A stretch of DNA of 64,000 bases from Candidatus Latescibacterota bacterium (GCA_029941565.1 JAPYRN010000001.1:97255-161254), one strand, 5' to 3'; positions 1 to 9,158 are shown, counted from the stretch's first letter. Program-made: numbers and translations. Notes: generated from the letters alone by a model not told the origin.

Positions 1-164
1 AACAATCCAGGGACAGCCTGCCTCAGCCAGCCCCTACGCAGACGTGTTGCGCACATCGTTTGAGGTCCGCCGCGACCACCACAATCTGATCCTTCTGCGC
101 AGCCCCTGATTCTACGTTGGAATGAGCCGGCTGAAGCCCTATCTTGGCCGCCACGCCTTATTGA

Positions 165-647
165 TTGGAGGCTGTCATGGCGTCTGCAGAAACGACGGCA
201 CAACAGATTCTTCAGGACAAGGGCGGTGTGTTGTACACGGTGGCTGGGGAAACAATGGTCCTGGAGGTATTGCGCATCATGGTGAAGAGCAAGGTCGGCT
301 CCGTCCTCATCAAGGAGAGCACTCGTGTGGTCGGCATCTACACGGAGCGAGACCTGATGCGTAACACCATCGATCCTGAGTTTGATCCGGCGAGCACACC
401 GATCTCACAGGTCATGACCCGGGGGCTGCGCTTCGCACCACACACTGACACCGCCTTCGAGTTGATGGACAAGTTTCTCGGGCTACGTCTGCGGCACCTG
501 TTGATCGACCAGGATGACGAGTTCATCGGCCTGCTGTCCATCGGTGACGTGGTACGTAGCGCCTTACGGCAACGGACGCGCGAACTCGAGGAGCTGCAGC
601 AGGTCGCCAACTGGGAGTATTACGCCGAATGGAAACCACGGCAGTGA
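165..647 (+). CDS. CBS domain-containing protein
   Basis: 160-aa ORF with tandem CBS-like segments (VGIYTERDLMRN ... LLSIGDVVRSAL). Confidence 0.55.
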   Translation: MEAVMASAETTAQQILQDKGGVLYTVAGETMVLEVLRIMVKSKVGSVLIKESTRVVGIYTERDLMRNTIDPEFDPASTPISQVMTRGLRFAPHTDTAFELMDKFLGLRLRHLLIDQDDEFIGLLSIGDVVRSALRQRTRELEELQQVANWEYYAEWKPRQ

Positions 648-657
648 GCGCAACAGG

Positions 658-1233
658 GTGAGTGTCGACCTCGTATTGATCGGCGATTCGATCCGCATGG
701 GGTACCAGAGCAGGGCCCGGGAATGCCTCGACAGCATCGACATCTGGAGCCCCGAGGCCAATGGCGGCGACTCCGCCAACATCCTGGGGCATCTCGACGA
801 GTGGGTTGACACCCACACCCCGTATCTGGTGCATCTCAACTGCGGCTTGCACGACCTCAAGAAGCCCTTTGACAGCGGTCTGGCGCAGGTGGGGTTGGCC
901 GCCTATCGCCACAATGTGGAGCAGGTCTTCGAGCGGGTTCTGCGTAGCGGTGCACAGCTCGTATGGGCCAACACGACCCCCGTCGATGAGGATCTCCATC
1001 ACCGCAACAAAGGTTTCGACCGCTTTGGTGCCGACATCGACGCCTACAACGCAGCGGCTGCTGAAGTGGCGGTGGCGCACGATGTCCCGGTGAACGACCT
1101 GCATGCCGTCATCGAGCAGGCCGGTCGATCCCGGCTACTGCGGGAGGACGGCGTGCACTTCTCGGAAGAGGGTAGCCGTCTGTTGGGCGAAGCGGTCGCC
1201 GCCTTCGTCAGCCCGCTGCTGAAGCGCCGATGA
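658..1233 (+). CDS. SGNH/GDSL family hydrolase
   Basis: GTG start at 658 gives VSVDLVLIGDSI (GDS block I). Later blocks GLHDL and DGVHFSEEG match SGNH blocks III and V. Starts 11 nt after the CBS gene stop. Confidence 0.6.
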   Translation: MSVDLVLIGDSIRMGYQSRARECLDSIDIWSPEANGGDSANILGHLDEWVDTHTPYLVHLNCGLHDLKKPFDSGLAQVGLAAYRHNVEQVFERVLRSGAQLVWANTTPVDEDLHHRNKGFDRFGADIDAYNAAAAEVAVAHDVPVNDLHAVIEQAGRSRLLREDGVHFSEEGSRLLGEAVAAFVSPLLKRR

Positions 1234-2276
1234 CCCCGCAGCAGGACCTGCGCCAGCGCGCGGGTCTGCTCGTGATGCGGGGGTTTCGCGGCTTTGCCAT
1301 CGACGATGACGATGCCGTCGTCACCGACCTGCGCGACCGCGGCCTGGGCAGCGTCATCCTCTTCGACACCGACGGACCGAGCGGCTCGAAAGAGCGCAAT
1401 GTTCAGTCACCACAGCAGGTGCGGGCACTGACAGACAGTCTGCGTGCTGCTGCCGGTGGCCTGCCCCCCTTGATCGCCGTCGACCAGGAGGGTGGTCTCG
1501 TCACCCGCTTCAAGGAACGGCACGGTTTCCCCGCCGTCCCAGGGGCACGACAGTTGGGAGACCGCGGTGACCCCGACATCACCGAAACAGCAGCCGGCGC
1601 GCTGGCCGACGCCCTGGTCGCCGCAGGCGTCAATCTGAATCTGGCGCCCGTCGTTGATGTCGACGTCTGGGGCGACAACCCCATCATCGCCGGCAAGGGA
1701 CGCAGCTACTCCTCGGACCCCGAAGAGGTCGCCGTCCACGCCGGTGCCTTCATCCGTGCCCACCGCGACCGTGGCATTCTAACGTGCCTGAAACACTTCC
1801 CCGGTCACGGCAGTTCCCGTAACGACTCACATGTGGGCTTCACAGACGTGACAAAGACCTGGTCCCGCGACGAGTTGATCCCCTTCCGCCGGCTGCTGGA
1901 ACATGGGCTTGTGGATGCCATGATGACGGCGCATGTATTCAATGGCGCCTTCGACGACAGCTATCCGGCGACCCTGTCTCCTGCGATGATCAACGGCTTG
2001 CTGCGCGACGAGTTGGGATTCGACGGCGTCGTCATCTCCGATGACATGGGCATGGGGGCCATTTCGAAGCAGTATGGATTCGAGGAGTCCGTCGCCCGCT
2101 GTCTTGGCGCCGGTGTCGACATTCTGACTCTCGCCAACCAGACATCGTACGAAGAGGACATCACCGAACGCACCGCCGATCTGATCGTCGACCTCGTCGC
2201 CAGCGGGCGATTGGCGGAACGCCGCGTCGATGAGTCGGCGCAACGAGTCCTGGAACTCAGGGCACGTTTGCCATGA
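1230..2276 (+). CDS. nagZ: glycoside hydrolase family 3 beta-N-acetylhexosaminidase (NagZ-like)
   Basis: KHFPGHG motif and GH3 N-terminal domain layout; 348 aa matches NagZ length. ATGA overlap with the upstream gene. Confidence 0.6.
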   Translation: MTPQQDLRQRAGLLVMRGFRGFAIDDDDAVVTDLRDRGLGSVILFDTDGPSGSKERNVQSPQQVRALTDSLRAAAGGLPPLIAVDQEGGLVTRFKERHGFPAVPGARQLGDRGDPDITETAAGALADALVAAGVNLNLAPVVDVDVWGDNPIIAGKGRSYSSDPEEVAVHAGAFIRAHRDRGILTCLKHFPGHGSSRNDSHVGFTDVTKTWSRDELIPFRRLLEHGLVDAMMTAHVFNGAFDDSYPATLSPAMINGLLRDELGFDGVVISDDMGMGAISKQYGFEESVARCLGAGVDILTLANQTSYEEDITERTADLIVDLVASGRLAERRVDESAQRVLELRARLP

Positions 2277-2288
2277 TGGGAGGATGAG

Positions 2289-3032
2289 ATGGGTAGACTG
2301 CAGGACAGGATCACCGTCGTCACCGGTGGCGCCACGGGCATTGGCGGCGCCACCTCTGCAATGTATGCTTCAGAAGGCGCCGTGAGCATCATCATCGACT
2401 ACAACAAGACCGAAGGGGAAGCGGCAGCCCAGCGGATCCGCGACACCGGTGGCCGCGCTGAGTTTCACGCCCTCGACGTACGCTCTGCCGAACAGACGGC
2501 ACAGGTCTTTGAGCGCATCGGCACCACCCATGGCCACATCGACACGCTGGTCTGCTCCGCCGGCGTACTGATGGGCGCCTACAGTGGCATCGCCGACCTT
2601 GAGGAAGAGGCCTGGGACACCACGATCGACACCAACCTGAAAGGCACGTATCTGACGACGAAATACGCCGCGCCGTGGTTACGCAGGGCGGAGCACTCGG
2701 TACTGTTGCTCATCGCCTCGGGTGCGGGCGTGCGTGGTGGTTCCTCGTCCTTCGCCTATGCTGCCAGCAAGGCGGGCATCCACGGTATGCAGTACAACTT
2801 CGCCAGCGATCTGAGCACCACGCGCGTGCACGTGATCTGCCCTGGCGGTATCGCCACACCCTTGAAGCTGCTCAACATCGCCCAGGGTGCCAGCGCTCGT
2901 GGTGAGGACTCCGACGCTGCGATCAAGGACGCACGTAAATCCCTCGGTGACCCGGCAGGCGTAGCTAAGGTCCTCACCTTCCTCGCCTCCGACGACGGCG
3001 ACTACGTGCGCGGCACCATTTTCACGCGTTAG
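2289..3032 (+). CDS. SDR family oxidoreductase
   Basis: N-terminal VTGGATGIGGA Rossmann motif and YAASKAG catalytic YxxxK. Confidence 0.65.
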   Translation: MGRLQDRITVVTGGATGIGGATSAMYASEGAVSIIIDYNKTEGEAAAQRIRDTGGRAEFHALDVRSAEQTAQVFERIGTTHGHIDTLVCSAGVLMGAYSGIADLEEEAWDTTIDTNLKGTYLTTKYAAPWLRRAEHSVLLLIASGAGVRGGSSSFAYAASKAGIHGMQYNFASDLSTTRVHVICPGGIATPLKLLNIAQGASARGEDSDAAIKDARKSLGDPAGVAKVLTFLASDDGDYVRGTIFTR

Positions 3033-3039
3033 CCACGAC

Positions 3040-3945
3040 TTACGGCAAAATCCCCTTCGACACCACCGCCCTCGTCGTCACGGGAAACTCACCCGGCTCG
3101 CAGCACTGACAGATCTGCACATCCACGGTGGCGCTCATCAGCATGTAGGCGTCTTCGAAGCTCATCTCCAGGCGCGTCTGCAGCAGATCCACCATCTCCC
3201 CCGCCGCCATACGTGCCGCCCCTGCCAACGACTCGCCGTCCCCCGTCGTCACCCAGTGCTCGGCCGTCTCGATGAGTGGCCGCTGAAATCCGGCCTCTTT
3301 GAGCAACTTAACCCGGATCGTGACCTGCGCCTGAATCTCCAGACCGATGAAGGTGATCTCGCCATCCCCCATGGCTCCGTGCACGTCACCCAATCCCAAC
3401 CCGGCGCCGGGAACACTCACCGGTAGATAGACCGTAGCGCCTACGCCGATGTGCTTGTTGTCCATGTTGCCACCATGAGCGCCAGCGTAACCGGTTGAGA
3501 TCCCGTCTCCGGCAGGGGCGGTGCCGATGACGCCTACCATGGGATTTGCGGGAAATCGAAGCTCACCGAAGTGCACGGTGCCATCGACGATGGGCACAAT
3601 GCGCGTGGCGAACTCGGTGGCACGTGAGGCCAACAGACCTTCACCCTTTTTGACGGCCAGAAATCCGGATGGCGCCAGCTCGATGGCCTCAATGTGAACG
3701 GCGAGTCCGTCGCCGGGTTCTGCGCCGCGTACACGAATCGGTCCCGTCGCTGGATTCGAACCCACGGGATGGGGCCGCAACAATAGATCTGCTGTGGAGT
3801 TGATCGTGCCACTGCGCGCATCCCAGGTGTCGAGCAGGACGCGGTCTCCAGATTCAATCTCAAGAACTGGCTCGTGGCTGGAATCCAGACTGTAAACGAC
3901 GAAGTCGCGGGAGATGTGATGCACGGTGGACGAATCCTTTGCCAA
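3040..3945 (-). CDS. acetamidase/formamidase (FmdA/AmdA) family protein
   Basis: 301 aa with HGGNMDNKHIGVGATVYLPV, a region characteristic of the FmdA_AmdA family. Confidence 0.5.
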   Translation of the reverse strand: MAKDSSTVHHISRDFVVYSLDSSHEPVLEIESGDRVLLDTWDARSGTINSTADLLLRPHPVGSNPATGPIRVRGAEPGDGLAVHIEAIELAPSGFLAVKKGEGLLASRATEFATRIVPIVDGTVHFGELRFPANPMVGVIGTAPAGDGISTGYAGAHGGNMDNKHIGVGATVYLPVSVPGAGLGLGDVHGAMGDGEITFIGLEIQAQVTIRVKLLKEAGFQRPLIETAEHWVTTGDGESLAGAARMAAGEMVDLLQTRLEMSFEDAYMLMSATVDVQICQCCEPGEFPVTTRAVVSKGILP

Positions 3946-3957
3946 GTGGGTGCCGCC

Positions 3958-4740
3958 CTAAGCTAAGGACTGGGATGTAGGGAAAAAAACGGATTGCCGG
4001 CCTGGGGCGATCACGATCGAAGTGCAGCCCGCCGGAAGGGTGGCCCGGCCTAGCTGTCTGGAATGCCGTGAAAAAGCAACGGCCCGCCGCTGGCGAACGG
4101 GGCTGGTCAGGCTCGGTGCGGCGGCATTCTGTAGCTCGCGCACATTACCTGGCCACGCGTAGGGCTCCAGTTGATCGAGCGTCGCCTTGGCGAGGCCCTG
4201 CACTTTTTTCTGTCCAACCTCGTTCAGCCGGTCGATGAAGTGCTGCGCCAGGTGGACGACACTCAAGCGGTAGAACAGATCCTGCGGAAATGTCCAGCAT
4301 TCATCGCCTCTTCGAGACTCTCGTTCGCCGCACTGACCAGGCGGAAATCCACATCGAAGTCCTCTTGTCCACCCAGACGCCGGACCCAGCGCTCCTGCAG
4401 GTCCAACGACAGATTGGCGACTTCGTCGAGAAAGACCGTACCACCCTGGGCCGATTCCAACAGCCCTGGCGTCGCTTCCGCGTGAAGGCTCGATACCGAT
4501 CGAACTCCTTGCCACTGGTTACCGATGCAAGGCTGATCCCCACCAGCGCGCCCGGGCCAAAGCCGAGCATCTCCTCGAGGGCAGTGTTGGCTAGAGTGAA
4601 TGTCTCCTCGGCGTCGGTGAGGCCAATGCCGGCGAAGGCCGTCAGGATTCGGGCTCGTTCCTCTTCGAGGGCTATGCCCAGCTTTGTTCGTGATCCGTCC
4701 AGTACCTTTAGCAGTATATCATATGATGAATAGGTGCCCC
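3958..4740 (-). pseudogene. decayed sigma-54-dependent transcriptional activator (AAA+ plus HTH remnants)
   Basis: Minus-strand fragments in different frames. One has a degenerate Walker A (LVGISLASVTSGKEF). Another reads GGTVFLDEVANLSLDLQERWVRRLGGQEDFDVDFRLVSAANESLEEAMNAGHFRR (Walker B/sensor II region). A third reads LFYRLSVV...AWPGNVRELQNAA followed by a degenerate Fis-type HTH. There is no receiver or N-terminal domain. Confidence 0.5.
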
Positions 4741-4813
4741 CCGGGGAGCATCAAATTCGGCATAAGGTCGTTAACTCGTTGCGCGTCGCCCTGTCTCATC
4801 GTATTCAATAGGG

Positions 4814-5863
4814 ATGAGCATCGAACGCAAGCCCCAGCGCATCATCCACAGCGTCGCGCCAATCCGCATCTGCGACAACGGCGGTTGGACGGATACATGG
4901 TTCGCCGAACATGGAACGATTTTCAACATCGGCGTCTACCCCTACGCCGAAGTGCAGATCCAGATCTTCGACCGCGCCGAAGTAGAAAACCGCATCGTCA
5001 TTCATGCCGAAAACTACGGCGAACGCTTCGCCGTAGCCCCCGTGGGTGGTACGTGGACGCACCATCCATTGCTCGAAGCGGCGGTGGAATACATGACGGT
5101 CCCCGACGACGCCGCCTTCGAGCTGACGATCTATTGTGACGCACCTGCCGGCTGCTCCACCGGAACATCAGCTGCCGTCACCGTCGCCGTCATCGGCGCC
5201 CTGGACATGTTGTCGCCAGGACGCATGACACCATACGAAGTTGCGTTGACGGCCCAGCGAATCGAAACGGAGATGCTCGGACAGCAGTGTGGCATCCAGG
5301 ACCAACTGTGCTCCGCCTTCGGCGGCATCAACTACATCGAGATGTTCCAGTATCCGCACGCCGCCGTGTCGCAGATCCAGGTAAACAACAACATCTGGTG
5401 GGAATTGGAACGACGTCTCGTGCTCATCTTCCTCGGCAAGGCACACTCCTCCTCGGCGGTTCACGAAAAGGTCATCGCCGAGCTGGAAGGCGCGGGCCCG
5501 GACAACCCGAAGCTGGATGCCCTACGCAACACCGCCCGTACGTCACGCGACGCCGTTTATGCTGGGGATTTCGCCAGCCTCGGTCAGGCCATGAGCGACA
5601 ATACGGCGGCGCAGGCTGACCTGCACTCTGAGCTCGTAGGCGCCGACGCCCAGATCATCATCGATCTGGCACGAGCCCATGGGGCGCTGGGTTGGAAGGT
5701 GAATGGCGCTGGCGGGGACGGCGGCTCGTTGACCTTGCTCACCGGTAACCTCTCATGGCAGAAGCGCGAACTCATCCGCGCCATCGAAGCCGCCAGTCCC
5801 GGCTTCAAGAGTCTACCCATCTACTTGAGCCGCCACGGGTTGCGACTGTGGGAAGCGGCTTGA
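4814..5863 (+). CDS. GHMP-family sugar kinase (HddA/fucokinase-like)
   Basis: N-terminus IHSVAPIRICDNGGWTD resembles heptose-7-P kinase/fucokinase. GHMP motif PAGCSTGTSAAVTVAVIGAL. Confidence 0.6.
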   Translation: MSIERKPQRIIHSVAPIRICDNGGWTDTWFAEHGTIFNIGVYPYAEVQIQIFDRAEVENRIVIHAENYGERFAVAPVGGTWTHHPLLEAAVEYMTVPDDAAFELTIYCDAPAGCSTGTSAAVTVAVIGALDMLSPGRMTPYEVALTAQRIETEMLGQQCGIQDQLCSAFGGINYIEMFQYPHAAVSQIQVNNNIWWELERRLVLIFLGKAHSSSAVHEKVIAELEGAGPDNPKLDALRNTARTSRDAVYAGDFASLGQAMSDNTAAQADLHSELVGADAQIIIDLARAHGALGWKVNGAGGDGGSLTLLTGNLSWQKRELIRAIEAASPGFKSLPIYLSRHGLRLWEAA

Positions 5864-5889
5864 ACCCGACTCTTCCAGAGCTTATATGA

Positions 5890-6204
5890 ATGGGATTGCA
5901 CTGCAAGTCCAGTGACACCTCGTCCACTGTCAATCTGGAGATTTTTTTGCCTGACCGGAGCCCCGCTCGCCCCTGGTATCCGGGCCGTACGCCTCCGTCG
6001 GAAGAGGTGTTGTCCATATTCGACGAGGTCGGTGAGCCCGAGGTTCTGTACAACCAGGCCAATCCCGAAGACATCGAGGGCGAATTCGCCAGCCTGATGC
6101 GGTCCGTCTACAGCAAGATGGACATCCTCAAACGATCTCCGGACGATTCTTGCACGAAGGAACGAGGAGGACGGCTACGCCACATTCTACGAGGCGCTCC
6201 TTGA
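5890..6204 (+). CDS. hypothetical protein (possibly frameshifted; alternative frame continues to ~6300 with a K/R-rich tail)
   Basis: ORF with protein-like composition (EVLSIFDEVGEPEVLYNQANPEDIEGEFASLMRSVYSKMDILK). A second frame downstream reads EDGYATFYEALLDIAPSHIKTRVGILLRLATFKF... up to the terminator. Confidence 0.2.
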   Translation: MGLHCKSSDTSSTVNLEIFLPDRSPARPWYPGRTPPSEEVLSIFDEVGEPEVLYNQANPEDIEGEFASLMRSVYSKMDILKRSPDDSCTKERGGRLRHILRGAP

Positions 6205-6339
6205 TATTGCCCCATCGCATATCAAAACGCGGGTCGGTATCCTGCTGCGGTTGGCGACCTTCAAGTTCCGCTCCACCGCCGAAAAAAGAAGAATAAAAAA
6301 AAGCCGTCGCCGGCTCCAAGAAAAAGGTGATCGAGAAAA

Positions 6340-6381
6340 GGGAAAAGGGGTAGGCTTGTTAGCCTACCCCTTCTTTTTTCA
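6340..6381. terminator. bidirectional rho-independent terminator
   Basis: Perfect 10-bp stem GGGGTAGGCT / AGCCTACCCC with TGTT loop. An A-run lies upstream and TTCTTTTTTC downstream on the plus strand, so it terminates both the plus-strand unit and the minus-strand BMC operon. Confidence 0.7.
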
Positions 6382-6405
6382 CCTCGAAGTTTTTTTATTC
6401 GTTGG

Positions 6406-6765
6406 TCAAGTCCCCAAAGGGGCCTCCCGCTCCGCGTCCGTCGTATCCTCGTCGTCATCCGCCTGCAGCTGGCGACGTACGTGCTCGAATTTCTCTTCCG
6501 AAGCGGTCAACGTGACGACGGCCTCACGGATTTGGTCGCACAGAGCCCGGATCTCGGCGTCCTCAGCGATCGCACTCCCCTCGCCGGCCTCCAACCGTGT
6601 GAAAACGTCGGCACCCAGCTCGCCTTTCAGCCGCATCAGACGTGTCTTCGCTGCCGCGATATCGAGGCGCGCCCGACCGACTTGTGTGAGCCCTTCGGCC
6701 TTGTCGAAAGCGATGGCGGCGCCGTCCTGAAGGCTGCGTTTGATCGAGTCCCACATTCGTTCCAT
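6406..6765 (-). CDS. small coiled-coil protein, weak PspA/IM30 N-terminal-like (hypothetical)
   Basis: About 120 aa, helical and acidic. MWDSIKRSLQDGAAIAFDKAEGL resembles the PspA/Vipp1 N-terminal helix (..LLDKAEDP..). Begins a few nt after the BMC-H stop, so likely co-transcribed. Confidence 0.35.
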   Translation of the reverse strand: MERMWDSIKRSLQDGAAIAFDKAEGLTQVGRARLDIAAAKTRLMRLKGELGADVFTRLEAGEGSAIAEDAEIRALCDQIREAVVTLTASEEKFEHVRRQLQADDDEDTTDAEREAPLGT

Positions 6766-6769
6766 ACTG

Positions 6770-7255
6770 CTATCTCCTGTCTGCATCCGACGCACCGCGA
6801 GCGGCGGCGCGCAGCGCTGCGAGAAGCTGATCCTTGTTAGCCCGCGAGATCTGTCGTCCTTGGAGAAGTACCCCAGGCGTCTTGCGTGCCAGTTGCCTGA
6901 GTCGCGTCACGGGAAGAGCCTCCAGTTCTGCCACGGAGGAAGGTGCCTCCGGGGAGACCGGGGGTGCAACCGGTTGTGAAGAAGTGGTAGCCAGGGCGGC
7001 CTCCACATCGATTGCCGGAGAGGGAATGACGTGGGCGCTGACGAGCTGAGAGACCTGCCGCACCGCCTCGCTTGCGGCACTGACGGCAGCCTGCACCGAG
7101 GCGGTATCACCCCGAAAACGCACCGAAACGAGACCGCCGCCAACACGCTCGACGCCCAACAGTTGGACATCGGCCGCTTTGGCGGCGGTATCGGCGGCTG
7201 CCAAGACGCCGATCAGACCGTGCGTCTCGATGAGCCCGATGGCGGTATCGGACAT
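6770..7255 (-). CDS. bacterial microcompartment shell protein (BMC-H, PduA/EutM-type) with ~70-aa C-terminal extension carrying a Rho_N/HeH-like motif
   Basis: Residues 5-85 read AIGLIETHGLIGVLAAADTAAKAADVQLLGVERVGGGLVSVRFRGDTASVQAAVSAASEAV...LVSAHVIPSP, a near-textbook Pfam BMC (PF00936) domain. The tail ELEALPVTRLRQLARKTPGVLLQGRQISRANKDQLLAALRAA fits the Rho N-terminal / SAP-like helix-extended-helix pattern. Confidence 0.8.
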   Translation of the reverse strand: MSDTAIGLIETHGLIGVLAAADTAAKAADVQLLGVERVGGGLVSVRFRGDTASVQAAVSAASEAVRQVSQLVSAHVIPSPAIDVEAALATTSSQPVAPPVSPEAPSSVAELEALPVTRLRQLARKTPGVLLQGRQISRANKDQLLAALRAAARGASDADRR

Positions 7256-7285
7256 GTCGGCGCCGACCTTACGACGCGAAGCGAA

Positions 7286-7516
7286 TCAGCGTGTATCGTT
7301 GATCGTGTACGGCAGCAACCCGAGATAACGGGCGCGCTTGATGGCTCGTACGATGCGCGTCTGTTGAGTGCGACTGGCACCCGTGCGGCGAGCGGGCTCG
7401 ATCTTGCCGATCGGCGTAAGAAACCGGGACAGCACGTCGAGACGCTTGTAATCGATCTCTTCGGCCTTAAGCTTCGCCGTAAATTCTTTGCGATTGACCC
7501 TGGCGATGTCGGACAC
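7286..7516 (-). CDS. rpsR: 30S ribosomal protein S18
   Basis: 76 aa, RFLTPIGKIEPARRTGASRTQQTRIVRAIKRARYLGLLPYT matches the conserved bS18 core. Confidence 0.85.
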   Translation of the reverse strand: MSDIARVNRKEFTAKLKAEEIDYKRLDVLSRFLTPIGKIEPARRTGASRTQQTRIVRAIKRARYLGLLPYTINDTR

Positions 7517-7559
7517 TCCTGCAAGGACGTGGAATAGGATTAAATTAGACTATCAAGAT

Positions 7560-8903
7560 ATGCCTGATCGGATGCAAAAGCAACGCCACACAGGAGTCGG
7601 TTGGCTGAGTTCGACCACCGGGGCAGGTCTGATTCTGATCGCCCTGGCGCACCCCGTGCTCGCCGATCGCGCCACTGTCGCATTGGTTGTCGGTCTCATC
7701 GCCATCACGGTCGCCATTGCGGGCACCGCGCGTCAGGGCTCCGCCCAGGCGCTACCGAGACCCGTCGGGGCATTGGCCATCTTGTGGCTGGTTGCCATGC
7801 TGGCATCGGCGGCGACGCACGACGTCTGGCATCCAAGTGCACTGCTGCCTCCTGTTCTGGCGGTGGCGCTGATCTGGCTGGGTGGCCGTCTTGCGGCCAC
7901 CGGGCAACAACAGCCGGTTATCACCAGCATCGTGATTGCCGCAGTCATCGTCGCCATCCATGCAGGGCTCCAGCACTTCGGCCTCGACCCACTTTCCCGA
8001 TTGGACGACTTCCCCAAGCGTGCCGTGGGGCCCTTCCTCAATCCAAACCACCTGGGCAGTCTCGTCGCCTGCGTTTTGCCCCTCGCACTCTCGGCGTATT
8101 TGATCCTGTGTGACCGAGACGTACAACATCCCTGGACGCTGCGCCTGGGTTTGGGTGCTGCCGTTGTGGCGATCTACTCCGGCCTTTTGTTGGCAGGCAG
8201 CCGGGGCGCCATCTGGGCGGCCCTCGCCGGCAGTCTCGTGGTGCTCGCCTGCTTCGCCCGCACGCTTGCCTTGCGCACGCGCTGGCCAGCCTGGCTGCCT
8301 CTGGTCGTACTCGCCATGAGCCTGATGGGGGTAACCCGCCTGCTCCAGGAGCGAGCCATCATGGAGGGTCCTGCCGGGAAGGTATCCGTCGGCGAGCGCC
8401 TGCAGGCCCTGTCCAACATGACTGGCGAGGCGGCGCAGACCGATCTGACCGTGTTGCATCGGCGAATCCTCTGGCGGGCGGCGTTGCAGGTCTTCGTCCA
8501 GGATCCGGTTCTGGGTGCCGGTCCCGGAAGTTATCAGCAGGCCGGTGCCGCAATCCTCGACGGCATGCCGGAGGATCCCATCGTTGTCCTGCTGCAGCGA
8601 CTGCATCGACTGGAAGTGCCACGTTTTGCCCACAACGAGTGGTTGCACTCCCTTGCCGAGACCGGGATCGCAGGCACACTGCCCTGGAGTCTGTTGGTGA
8701 TGTTTTGGGCTCTGACCGGTCTGCTTGGGGCCTGGCGGGAGTCGACAACGATCCAGCGGGGCGCCCTCGGGGCGTGTGCAGCCGTTCTTGTACACGGATT
8801 GGTGAGTTATCCGTTGTATCTTCCTGCAACAGCGGGGACTTTCTGGATACTACTTGGCATCTCTACATATTGTTGTAAGAGGCCCACGCGGATAACTATA
8901 TAA
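7560..8903 (+). CDS. O-antigen ligase / Wzy_C domain membrane protein
   Basis: Polytopic membrane protein with LGAAVVAIYSGLLLAGSRGAIWAALAGSLVVLA (Wzy_C signature) followed by a periplasmic loop. Start chosen at ATG 7560 (MPDRMQKQ); ATG 7572 is an alternative. Confidence 0.6.
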   Translation: MPDRMQKQRHTGVGWLSSTTGAGLILIALAHPVLADRATVALVVGLIAITVAIAGTARQGSAQALPRPVGALAILWLVAMLASAATHDVWHPSALLPPVLAVALIWLGGRLAATGQQQPVITSIVIAAVIVAIHAGLQHFGLDPLSRLDDFPKRAVGPFLNPNHLGSLVACVLPLALSAYLILCDRDVQHPWTLRLGLGAAVVAIYSGLLLAGSRGAIWAALAGSLVVLACFARTLALRTRWPAWLPLVVLAMSLMGVTRLLQERAIMEGPAGKVSVGERLQALSNMTGEAAQTDLTVLHRRILWRAALQVFVQDPVLGAGPGSYQQAGAAILDGMPEDPIVVLLQRLHRLEVPRFAHNEWLHSLAETGIAGTLPWSLLVMFWALTGLLGAWRESTTIQRGALGACAAVLVHGLVSYPLYLPATAGTFWILLGISTYCCKRPTRITI

Positions 8904-9158
8904 TATGTTGTAGAACAGGCATGTAGGGCAATGTTTTCAGAGCTCGTTCGAATTAGTCCTAAAGGAATTCGGAGAGACTCCGATAACTTCCAATGAGATT
9001 ACTTGATACTAAGTCAGCCACCCTTGATACCCTATTCCGATCGACTGGCTCAATAGTCTGCCTTAGCCGGAACCCACAGAGCTACCCACTCTGCCGGCGA
9101 CATGCCACGCCCATCCAGGCGCATCTCTTTTCCTTTTTGGTTTTTAGTCGAACCTAGC

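Noticed and set aside
122-364. 80-aa ORF overlapping the CBS gene in another frame
   Set aside because: Gly/His/Arg-rich composition, entirely overlapped by the CBS-domain ORF, which has recognisable motifs.
6251-6730. 159-aa plus-strand ORF beginning with a Lys/Arg-rich stretch and running through the terminator, antisense to the PspA-like gene
   Set aside because: It crosses a strong intrinsic terminator and is antisense to a better-supported gene. Its basic N-terminus derives from the purine-rich tract.
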